Below, piece by piece: positions 56,725 through 64,000 of a stretch of DNA of 64,000 nt (position 1 is the stretch's first letter; every line of letters starts with the position of its first letter). The notes beneath the pieces were generated by a model. It did not search any database. It was given only the letters and a program-made list of their open reading frames with translations, and had not been told where the DNA came from. Made by a program: the position numbers and the translations under genes. This DNA comes from Candidatus Brockarchaeota archaeon (GTDB taxonomy: Archaea; Thermoproteota; EX4484-205; JAAOZO01), in contig JAFNIV010000006.1 in the NCBI GenBank assembly GCA_017601145.1, positions 479-64,478 of the forward strand, given 5' to 3'.

Positions 56725-58380
56725 TTAAAGCACCTTAAATTCTGTTCCTAAGAATTTTGAAACTAAAAGCTCAGAAATAATTACAGAAACTACTATTAAC
56801 GAAGTTAAAGAGGAAGCTAAGCCTAAGTTTCTTGATGCAATCAACTCATAAACTGCTGCAGGCATTGTCATAATGTTAAAAGTACTAAAGAAGTTTGAAA
56901 AAGTGAACTCACTTAACGAAGAAGAAATGGAAATTAAAAAAGAGGAAACTAGAGAAGGATAAATGCTTGGTAGCTCTAAATTTAAGAAACAAGTAAAGCG
57001 AGAAGCTCCAGAAACCATGGATGCTTCGTAAATTTCATCACTTATCTTTAACCAAGAAAGTTCAATTATCCTAACAGTAAGAGGAATTATAACAGAAATT
57101 TGGCCAATTGCTATTAAATACCATGTACCATAAAGTTTTATGGAACTTAATCCATATGCAACCATTAAACTCATGGCAAAAGAGGTTTGAGATATCGAGA
57201 GAGGAAAGAAAAAGAATGAACTAAAAATTCTTCTAAGTTTTTCGTTTCTAATATAAGAAAATACAAAAACTAAGCTTAAGGAAGTTGACACAAAAGAAAC
57301 AATAAAAGCTATTGATAAACTATAAAGTAAAACTTTAATAAAGCTTAATCCAAATCCAAAATCAAAGTTAAATAACTTTAAGAAGTTTTCGAGAGAAATG
57401 TTGGTAGGAAGAATGAACACTGGAACTTTAGAAAACGCTTGAACAACTACTATGTAAACTGGAATGATTTCAACAAAAACAATAATCGCAAAAATTAAAA
57501 GTAAAAAGATTTCAGATGGTGATAAATTTGAAAAAGAAAGTTTCTTTTTTTCAGTTTTCCTATAAGATAAGCTCTTAAAATAGAACTTTTCCCTATAAAC
57601 TATTAACATAAGTGCAAAAAATATTGTGACTAAAGCTTGGAGAAATGCCAAATTCAAAGAAGAACTTTGTGTCCTAGTGCTAAATATTTCTACCTCGACA
57701 GTTGTAAACTTTCCCCCCAACAAGAGAGGGGTAGAATAGCTTATAAATGAGAAAATAAAAACTAATGCAAGCGAAGCTGTAAATGAAGGTAAAAGTTGCG
57801 GTATGTATATACTCCTTACCATTAAAAACCAGTTTGCAGAAGCAACTCTTGCTGCTTCTTCTAAGTCCTTATCTATTGAAGAGAATCCTTGTTGTAGAAT
57901 TAAAGAAGATAAGGGTAAATAGTAAAAGATATGCGCTAAGATAACAGCGTTCATCGAATATAAAACTTGAAAGTTTGTATTGCTTCCAAATATTAGCTTA
58001 ACTATGAAATTGAAAAAGCCATTGTTTCCAAAGAGAATTATAAAAGCTTCAGCTGTTGCAAAAGAAGGCATGAAAAATGGAGTTAACAACAAGTAACTTA
58101 ATTCTCTAGAAAACTTAAATTCATACCTAGAAAGGAAAAAAGCAACTGGAAGAGAGAGCAATAATGTTGGAATAGTTGAAAGTAAAGCTTGAATAAGAGT
58201 TCCAACAAAAAGCTCTTGAATGTATGGATCAAAAGCCGTTGAAACAACATCTTTTAACTTTACACTAAAGAATAGAAGAAAAAAGGGATAAAAATAAAGA
58301 AATATTAGAATTGCTAGCGAGAAAATTAGAGCTAAGTTTTCTACTGTGACTTCACTTCCCTTCGCCATAGTTCTAGCCAC
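56725..58380 (-). CDS. ABC importer permease, duplicated (12-TM) FbpB/ThiP-type
   Basis: 551 aa of two tandem MetI-like permease halves. Adjacent to the ATPase with a 1-nt gap. Confidence 0.8.
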   Translation of the reverse strand: MARTMAKGSEVTVENLALIFSLAILIFLYFYPFFLLFFSVKLKDVVSTAFDPYIQELFVGTLIQALLSTIPTLLLSLPVAFFLSRYEFKFSRELSYLLLTPFFMPSFATAEAFIILFGNNGFFNFIVKLIFGSNTNFQVLYSMNAVILAHIFYYLPLSSLILQQGFSSIDKDLEEAARVASANWFLMVRSIYIPQLLPSFTASLALVFIFSFISYSTPLLLGGKFTTVEVEIFSTRTQSSSLNLAFLQALVTIFFALMLIVYREKFYFKSLSYRKTEKKKLSFSNLSPSEIFLLLIFAIIVFVEIIPVYIVVVQAFSKVPVFILPTNISLENFLKLFNFDFGFGLSFIKVLLYSLSIAFIVSFVSTSLSLVFVFSYIRNEKLRRIFSSFFFFPLSISQTSFAMSLMVAYGLSSIKLYGTWYLIAIGQISVIIPLTVRIIELSWLKISDEIYEASMVSGASRFTCFLNLELPSIYPSLVSSFLISISSSLSEFTFSNFFSTFNIMTMPAAVYELIASRNLGLASSLTSLIVVSVIISELLVSKFLGTEFKVL

Positions 58381-59363
58381 TGCGTTACATTTCCAGACAA
58401 AGAGGTATTAAATGTAATCACTTCTTTAGGAATTGGAGCATAAGCGATATCACTATAAGAAGCTTTCGGGTTAACGGGATACATGTAGTTATATGGAGCT
58501 GTCAAGTTTTGACCTTCGTTACTTAAAGCAAATTCTATAAACTTTTTAGCAGCATTTGGATGCTTTGCACCTTTTACAAGTGCGATTCCTTCTCTATATA
58601 CAAACCCAACTTCTGCAGTAGTTGTCAAGTTTGGAACTTCGCTATAACCAACATCTGTACTAAACATGCTCCCTATTGCAACTTCGCCAATTTTTAGTGC
58701 ATTTATTGAGCTACTCCAACCACTCGGATGAAACTTTATGTTACCTTCTAGCTTCTTCAAGAAGCTAAACCCTTCAGTTTCACCTTTTACAGAGAGAACC
58801 CAGACTAAAAATGCAAGGCCAGTTCCGCTAGTTGTTGGATCTTGATAAAAAACTAATCCTTTGTAAGCAGGATTAAGAAGGTCGTCTAGATTACTCGGTA
58901 CTGGTAAGTTCTTTTTCTTTATAATTGTCAAGTTATAGGTTATAAGGATATATCCCTTATCTAACGGAAAGACGTACCCAGAAGAATCAAAAATTTCTGA
59001 TCTTGGAATTAACGAAAGGTTATTAGGAGTAAATGTTTCTAAAACTCCAGAATCAATAACTACTTTACTGTAGAAGTCAGGTATACCAAGTATTACATCA
59101 GCTTGCGGGGCATTTTTTTCTGAAATTAGCTTGTTGCAAATATCAATGGCGCCCATTCCATAATGTACATAAGTAACATTAACTCCAAATCTCTTTTGAA
59201 AAGCAGAAATTAATGCTTTTGCAAAGTATTCATCGCCTTCAGGGCCATAAACTACTAAGCTGTTCTCTAGTTTTGGTTGTGAAAAATTGAGATAAAGAAT
59301 AGAGGCAAATAAAAGTAAAAATAGCACTACGAGAGATAAGAGTTGTTTCTTACTTAGTCTCAT
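58341..59363 (-). CDS. Extracellular solute-binding protein (iron(III)/thiamine/polyamine-type SBP)
   Basis: N-terminal anchor LLSLVVLFLLLFASILYL, then a type-II SBP-like sequence. First gene of the three-gene importer operon. Confidence 0.7.
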   Translation of the reverse strand: MRLSKKQLLSLVVLFLLLFASILYLNFSQPKLENSLVVYGPEGDEYFAKALISAFQKRFGVNVTYVHYGMGAIDICNKLISEKNAPQADVILGIPDFYSKVVIDSGVLETFTPNNLSLIPRSEIFDSSGYVFPLDKGYILITYNLTIIKKKNLPVPSNLDDLLNPAYKGLVFYQDPTTSGTGLAFLVWVLSVKGETEGFSFLKKLEGNIKFHPSGWSSSINALKIGEVAIGSMFSTDVGYSEVPNLTTTAEVGFVYREGIALVKGAKHPNAAKKFIEFALSNEGQNLTAPYNYMYPVNPKASYSDIAYAPIPKEVITFNTSLSGNVTQWLELWRREVKSQ

Positions 59364-59727
59364 TCCTCTTCAGGAGCATGAAACATAAAAGGAAGGATTA
59401 TAAACTTGACTTTTACTTATAAAAAAGAGCAACGACGTAAAGCTAATGATAAGATGATCAATGTTTTATTTTAAATATTTTTATTTCTAAAGAATTTTTA
59501 TTATATTTCCACAAAATTTATATACAAGAAACTTCAAAAGGTTAGATTTGAGGTGAAAAGGAACGAGTATACTAAAAAAAGAGCAAGAGAAAGAAGTTGG
59601 TAACGTTGGAAAAATAAAGCCCAATCTAAAAGAAAACGAAAAGCACGTAAGAGACACCTTATCAGTTTGTCCAGTTTGTTATAAGCTCCTGCCTACTACA
59701 ATATTCGAAAGAGATGGGAAGATATGG

Positions 59728-61242
59728 ATGAGAAAGGTCTGCGAGGAGCATGGAGAATTTGAACAACTTTACTGGGGAGATGCTGAGATGTATTATAGAG
59801 CAATGAAGTTTGAAGCAAAACCAAGGAGAGTAGAAATAACATACACTAAACTTACTCTTCCATGTCCTTTCTCATGTGGACTTTGCCCAATTCATCAAAC
59901 TCAAACTATACTTGGGAATATAGTTGTTACTAATAGGTGCGACTTAAGTTGCTTCTATTGCTTCTTCTATGCAGAAAGGGCAAATTATGTTTACGAACCT
60001 ACTCAGGAAGAGTATAGACAAATGCTTAGGCAACTTAGAAAACAAGCTCCACTTTACTCAATGGCAATTCAGCTTACTGGAGGAGAACCACTAGTCAGAG
60101 AAGACATTGTAGACCTTTTGAGAATTGCAAAAGAAGAAGGATTTTACCATGTTCAGTTAAATACAAACGGTATAAAGTTTGCTCAAGAAGGAGGAGTAGA
60201 ACTTGCAAAGAAAATTAAAAAAGCAGGAGTAAGTACGATATACTTAAGTTTTGATGGAATTGATCCAAAAATTAACTTTAAGAATCACTGGGAAATTCCA
60301 TACGTGCTTGATGCGTTTAGAAAAGCGGAAATAACTAGTGTAGTTTTAGTACCAACTGTAATAAAAGGATGGAATACTCATGAGGTTGGAAGAATAGTTA
60401 AGTTTGCTGCATTAAACAATGATGTTATAAGGGGAATTAACTTCCAACCAGTTTCATTTGTAGGCACCATGCCAAGAGATGAAATAGAAAAACAAAGAAT
60501 TACTATTCCAGAAGTGATAAATCTTATAGAAGAGCAAACGAATGGACAAATAACTCATGACTCTTGGTACCCAACTCCAGTTGTTGATATCTTCACTAAC
60601 TTCATAGAAGCATTTACTGGAGAAGAGCAACAGCATTGGACTATACATCCTGCCTGTGGCATGGCAACTTACGCATACGTTGATAAAAGTAGTAAAGAAG
60701 TGAAATTCGCACCAATAAACGAATTTGTAGATGTCGATGGACTTCTTGAGTACTTGAAAGAGGAAACGGAAGAAATTAGAAAAGGTAAAAATAAGAAGCT
60801 AATTACGGCAAAAGCAGTACTAAAGTTTAGAAGCTTTATAAAGAAAGAGCCAAAAACTTTTAGTTTTTCAAAGCAATTGTACAATATGTTCATAGCAAAG
60901 AAGCATAATGAAGCAATCTATAGCTTTCATATGAACTTTCTTTACCTTGGTATGATGCACTTTCAGGATCCTTATAACTATGACTTACAAAGAGTAATGA
61001 GATGCGGAATTCATTATGTAATGCCAGATGGGAGAGTAGTTCCATTTTGCACATTTAATGTATTTCCAGACATATACAGAGATACTACTCAAAAAAGATT
61101 TTCATACAATATAGAAGAATGGAAAAAACTTCATGGGGAAAAGAGTATAGGTGATGCAATAAAGTACAGAAGAGACCTAAGGAAGCTCTCATCTGGAGAA
61201 ATTTACAAAAGAACTTATGAACCATTCTTAAACCTTCAGTAA
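59728..61242 (+). CDS. Radical SAM enzyme, tetraether-lipid-synthase (Tes/GDGT-MAS)-like. The true N-terminus probably lies upstream (59597) across a frame break.
   Basis: CDLSCFYC (CxxxCxxC) radical-SAM motif. Upstream in frame, without a start codon: LSVCPVCYKLLPTTIFERDGKIW, followed by MRKVCEEHGEF. This is the rubredoxin-like Cys/His N-terminus seen in this family. Confidence 0.8.
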   Translation: MRKVCEEHGEFEQLYWGDAEMYYRAMKFEAKPRRVEITYTKLTLPCPFSCGLCPIHQTQTILGNIVVTNRCDLSCFYCFFYAERANYVYEPTQEEYRQMLRQLRKQAPLYSMAIQLTGGEPLVREDIVDLLRIAKEEGFYHVQLNTNGIKFAQEGGVELAKKIKKAGVSTIYLSFDGIDPKINFKNHWEIPYVLDAFRKAEITSVVLVPTVIKGWNTHEVGRIVKFAALNNDVIRGINFQPVSFVGTMPRDEIEKQRITIPEVINLIEEQTNGQITHDSWYPTPVVDIFTNFIEAFTGEEQQHWTIHPACGMATYAYVDKSSKEVKFAPINEFVDVDGLLEYLKEETEEIRKGKNKKLITAKAVLKFRSFIKKEPKTFSFSKQLYNMFIAKKHNEAIYSFHMNFLYLGMMHFQDPYNYDLQRVMRCGIHYVMPDGRVVPFCTFNVFPDIYRDTTQKRFSYNIEEWKKLHGEKSIGDAIKYRRDLRKLSSGEIYKRTYEPFLNLQ

Positions 61243-61246
61243 CACT

Positions 61247-62527
61247 TTAAGGCCTTGAACCAAGAGTTAAATTAACGTTCATAACTTTGTTATCTCTTAC
61301 TATGGTAAGAGTTATTTCTTGACCAGGTTGTGTATTTCTTTCTAAGTAGGAAACAAATTCATCAACGTTTCTTATCCTATGCCCATTTATTGCTATTATC
61401 AAGTCTCCTCCAACTGTAATTTGCGTTCCAGATATTGTGACTGTTTTGTTTCCACCTATTAATCCAGCTTTTTCTGCAGGACTTCCTTTAACTACGCTAA
61501 CTATTAAGAAGCCATATGTATAGTTACAACCAATGTATCGCGCTATATCATAATCCATATCTATCCCAGCGACTCCAACCCAAGGATGCTTATTGTAGTG
61601 GCCAGTCTTTATCAAGTCTGGAAGTTCTCTAAGTAATGTATCAGAAGGAACTGCAAAACCAACTCCTTGAGAACCACTCACTATGGCAGTTGTTATACCA
61701 ATGACTTGTCCAAAAGTATTGAGTAATGGACCTCCAGAATTTCCTGGATTTATTGGAGTACTTATCTGGATCACATCAGCAATCAAGTAGCCTCCTGTAG
61801 AAGATTCAGATAAAGTCCTTCCAAGCTGACTTACTATTCCAACAGTCATAGAACCAGATAGTCCAAATGGATTTCCAATTGCAATAGCTAAGTCTCCAAC
61901 TTTTAGTGCTGAAGAGCTTGCAATGTTTAAAGGATAAAATTTATTCCTTGAAGCATTAACCTCAAGAACTGCTAAGTCACTATAAGGATCACTACCGATA
62001 ACACTAGCAGGATAAGCATCACCATCCCAAAACGTAACTGATATATTGTAAGCAGAGTCTACTACGTGAAAGTTTGTAACAACGTAAAAGCTTCCAGAGT
62101 AGTTTATAACGAAACCAGACCCAAGAACTGTAGAGTATTGAACAACTGGACCAAAGAAAGTATAAACCTTCTGAACTAAAGTACCTTGTACGATGACCAC
62201 TGAATTTTTGGCTTGTTGGTAAATTTTTGATAAAGATAAACTTGTACCAGAAAAGTTAAGAGAAGAAAGAGTTTCTATTGTTGACTCTAGTGAAGCGACT
62301 TTTGAATTTACTAAAATTAGTTCGTTTTTAAGTTGGGAGTTTTCTGAAGATAACTGATTTACATTTTGGGAAAAATTAAAGTAGAATAAGATTGTTAGTC
62401 CAAGCGAGGATAATGTAAGTAAAGTTAGCAAAGCAATAGCCAAATAAAGTTTTACATGCGAATTTTCGTTTTTTTCCATGTTTTTAAAACTAAGAAATTG
62501 GTAATTTAAGTTTTGTTCATGAATCAT
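61247..62527 (-). CDS. HtrA/DegP-family serine protease with an N-terminal membrane anchor and a C-terminal PDZ domain
   Basis: Catalytic contexts TNFHVV, SDLAVLEV and GNSGGPL. The PDZ-like segment is VVKGSPAEKAGL. Confidence 0.85.
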   Translation of the reverse strand: MIHEQNLNYQFLSFKNMEKNENSHVKLYLAIALLTLLTLSSLGLTILFYFNFSQNVNQLSSENSQLKNELILVNSKVASLESTIETLSSLNFSGTSLSLSKIYQQAKNSVVIVQGTLVQKVYTFFGPVVQYSTVLGSGFVINYSGSFYVVTNFHVVDSAYNISVTFWDGDAYPASVIGSDPYSDLAVLEVNASRNKFYPLNIASSSALKVGDLAIAIGNPFGLSGSMTVGIVSQLGRTLSESSTGGYLIADVIQISTPINPGNSGGPLLNTFGQVIGITTAIVSGSQGVGFAVPSDTLLRELPDLIKTGHYNKHPWVGVAGIDMDYDIARYIGCNYTYGFLIVSVVKGSPAEKAGLIGGNKTVTISGTQITVGGDLIIAINGHRIRNVDEFVSYLERNTQPGQEITLTIVRDNKVMNVNLTLGSRP

Positions 62528-62602
62528 CCTTTATTTTATTCTTCATATTAATAAAAAATAATAACAGGTAAATTAATAAACTAGTTTATTTCTGTACTGA
62601 CT

Positions 62603-63037
62603 ATGGAGAGTAAGTGGCAACTTGATTTCTTAATACTGGATACAATTGCAAGCGTAAAAAGAGGCTTAGGAGTTAACGAGCTATCTAGGATACTGAGTGG
62701 AAAAGTCTCAAAAGTAAAACTAATTGAAGAAATAAAGAAGTTAAGAGAAGAGGGTTTGATAAAAGTTAAAAAAGATCCGAAGCATAAACAAAGAAGCTTA
62801 ATTGTTGTAGATGAAAAGATACTTGAGGCATTTGATAATGTTAAGATAAATGGAGGAACAGTAAGAGATATTGGAAATCTCTCAGAAAAACTAAGAAGTT
62901 ACATCGTGACGTGCTCTAGTTATATTTCAACTATAACTAATCCAATAGTAAAGAAGTATGCAACCTACAGATTGCTAAGACAATTTTCAGAAATTATGGT
63001 AAGTATCTTAGGGGTGAAAGGCGAATTTGATTTTTAA
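62603..63037 (+). CDS. Winged-helix DNA-binding protein (putative regulator)
   Basis: 144 aa. wHTH-like N-terminus (LGVNELSRILSGKVSKVKLIEEIKKLREEGLI). Overlaps the ubiA-family gene by 11 nt. Confidence 0.45.
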   Translation: MESKWQLDFLILDTIASVKRGLGVNELSRILSGKVSKVKLIEEIKKLREEGLIKVKKDPKHKQRSLIVVDEKILEAFDNVKINGGTVRDIGNLSEKLRSYIVTCSSYISTITNPIVKKYATYRLLRQFSEIMVSILGVKGEFDF

Positions 63038-63893
63038 GATTATAAGAAACTTTAGCTATAGAATTAATGTTCATTTAGCAAACTTCAGAATATTTGATTG
63101 GAAAGCATATTTATTCGTTTCAGTAATTGGGTCTCTTGCTACTTTTGAACTTTCTAAGTTCGATCCATTTAAGTATATACTTTTTATTGCACTGATTTGT
63201 TCCTATTTGGCTTTTTCTTTTAGTATAAACAACATTTTTGATAAACATGTTGACTCTTTGGATAAAGTTGCACTAAGTAAGAATCCAGTAGCAGGTGGAA
63301 AAATAACAGAAATTGAAGCCCTAACGTTAAGTTTTTTAATGCCGATGGTTTCATTACCTGCTTCTATTATAGTCTTTGGAATAAAGTACTTTCTAGTATA
63401 TACTTTTGCTTATGCTTTAAGCACAATGTATTCTGCACCTCCTTTTAGATTAAAGGGAAAACCAATAATTGATTTAGTCGTTCATGGAATTTTCTTTGGA
63501 GTGTTACCTTTTCTACTAGGAGCTCTTATCATTGGCAGTTTGAATGCACTAAGCTTGAGTCTTGGTTTATCTTTCTTTCTCTACTCTATTTTTTTAGAAT
63601 TAAGGAATCATATAGAAGATTATGACTTTGACTCTTTGGCAAACATAAAAACTACTGCTGTTGTTATCGGAAAAGAAAAAAGCGAAAAAATAAAAGAAGT
63701 AGTAGCAACAGCAGTGATGATTTGGTTGGTATTAAGTGCAGTTGCATTGAAACTTTATTGGTCATTAGCAGTAGTCACCCTAGCGCTGCTATGTTGTGAT
63801 CTACTAGGATTAAACAAGGATAGAAAAATCGACATTACTTTTGTTCTTGCTACAGTCTCCTTAATTTTAGAAGCTATCTTTCTTAGTTTTTAA
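63027..63893 (+). CDS. UbiA-family prenyltransferase
   Basis: About 8 TM helices. First Asp-rich motif NNIFDKHVDSLD (NxxxDxxxD). Second acidic motif region ELRNHIEDYDFD. Confidence 0.75.
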   Translation: MIFKIIRNFSYRINVHLANFRIFDWKAYLFVSVIGSLATFELSKFDPFKYILFIALICSYLAFSFSINNIFDKHVDSLDKVALSKNPVAGGKITEIEALTLSFLMPMVSLPASIIVFGIKYFLVYTFAYALSTMYSAPPFRLKGKPIIDLVVHGIFFGVLPFLLGALIIGSLNALSLSLGLSFFLYSIFLELRNHIEDYDFDSLANIKTTAVVIGKEKSEKIKEVVATAVMIWLVLSAVALKLYWSLAVVTLALLCCDLLGLNKDRKIDITFVLATVSLILEAIFLSF

Positions 63894-63909
63894 CTTTGAT
63901 GGCGGGAAG

Positions 63910-63993
63910 TCCCCCAGCTTTCGCAGGGGGATGAAAGCCGAAAAGCTTATATTTTTCTCATTATATCTATCATTGTCTGCTTGGCTGGCAGAC
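63910..63993. other. GC-rich hairpins and a TATA-like box at the window edge; a possible ncRNA start, truncated
   Basis: 63910..63931: TCCCCC-A-GC-TTTC-GC-A-GGGGGA. TTATAT at 63947. 63975..63993: GTCTGC-TTGGCTG-GCAGAC. Its G+C content stands out against the AT-rich background. Confidence 0.25.
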
Positions 63994-64000
63994 CTAGTAG

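Noticed and set aside
59440-59480. ThiR-like half-site (CAATGTTTTATTTTAAA) upstream of the ABC importer operon, which would argue for a thiamine transporter
   Set aside because: It shares only the AT-rich core with the 24-bp palindrome, is not palindromic, and is indistinguishable from a generic TATA region. The substrate of the importer stays unassigned.
63894-64000. CRISPR repeat, C/D-box sRNA or tRNA interpretation of the GC-rich edge sequence
   Set aside because: - CRISPR: only one copy of the ..GGGGGATGAAAG-like unit is visible, and no second repeat occurs at spacer distance.
- C/D-box sRNA: the C-box-like TGATGG and GGATGAA are imperfect, and no CTGA D box is correctly spaced.
- tRNA: the 6-bp GTCTGC/GCAGAC stem is too long for a D-arm, and the putative acceptor would be AT-rich.

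Overview
This is an AT-rich archaeal chromosomal segment, roughly one-third G+C by eye. No rRNA gene, convincing tRNA gene or CRISPR array is visible. The gene content fits a heterotrophic, probably thermophilic TACK/Crenarchaeota-like archaeon: ThiN/ThiR-type thiamine genes, class III (prepilin-type) signal peptides, an ATP-dependent DNA ligase, an M42/TET peptidase, a Tes-like radical SAM enzyme, and TATA boxes about 30 nt upstream of start codons.

Layout:
- 1-26.4 kb, housekeeping and metabolism: glnA (partial), Lrp, a P-type H+-ATPase, thrC-like, galT, a GH3 beta-glucosidase, a GTPBP1-like GTPase, a thiC / thiD-thiN / thiR thiamine cluster, and DNA ligase.
- 26.7-36.4 kb, accessory-looking block: a six-gene type IV pilus-like operon with a FlaJ/TadC-type platform protein, several prepilin-like proteins and a 775-aa prepilin-like giant. 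It has no FlaI/PilB-type ATPase. An ABC exporter with an extra C-terminal domain lies just upstream.
- 36.5-40.2 kb: two GC-rich inverted copies, about 250-290 bp each, of a MITE-like unit. Each carries a degenerate TnpB C-terminus-like reading frame. Together they bracket a 3.06-kb three-gene segment.
- 40.2-55.3 kb, sugar island: repeated pairs of Gfo/Idh/MocA oxidoreductases and xylose-isomerase-like TIM barrels, a 1127-aa nucleotidyltransferase-GHMP kinase fusion, a phosphodiester glycosidase, a lyxose isomerase and a nucleotide-sugar dehydrogenase.
- 55.6-63.9 kb: an ABC importer, a Tes-like radical SAM gene, an HtrA protease, a wHTH protein and a UbiA prenyltransferase.

Most interesting items:
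1. The ATPase-less pilus-like operon.
2. The TnpB-remnant inverted repeats.
3. A perfect 24-bp palindrome centred on a shared TATA box exactly midway between divergent thiC and thiDN. It is a candidate ThiR operator.
4. The FKP-like kinase/pyrophosphorylase fusion.
5. Several genes whose conserved N- or C-terminal coding sequence is cut off by single-nucleotide frame problems at short homopolymers or by a non-canonical start. This could be biology or assembly error.

All functional calls come from reading motifs in the supplied translations. No database search was run.
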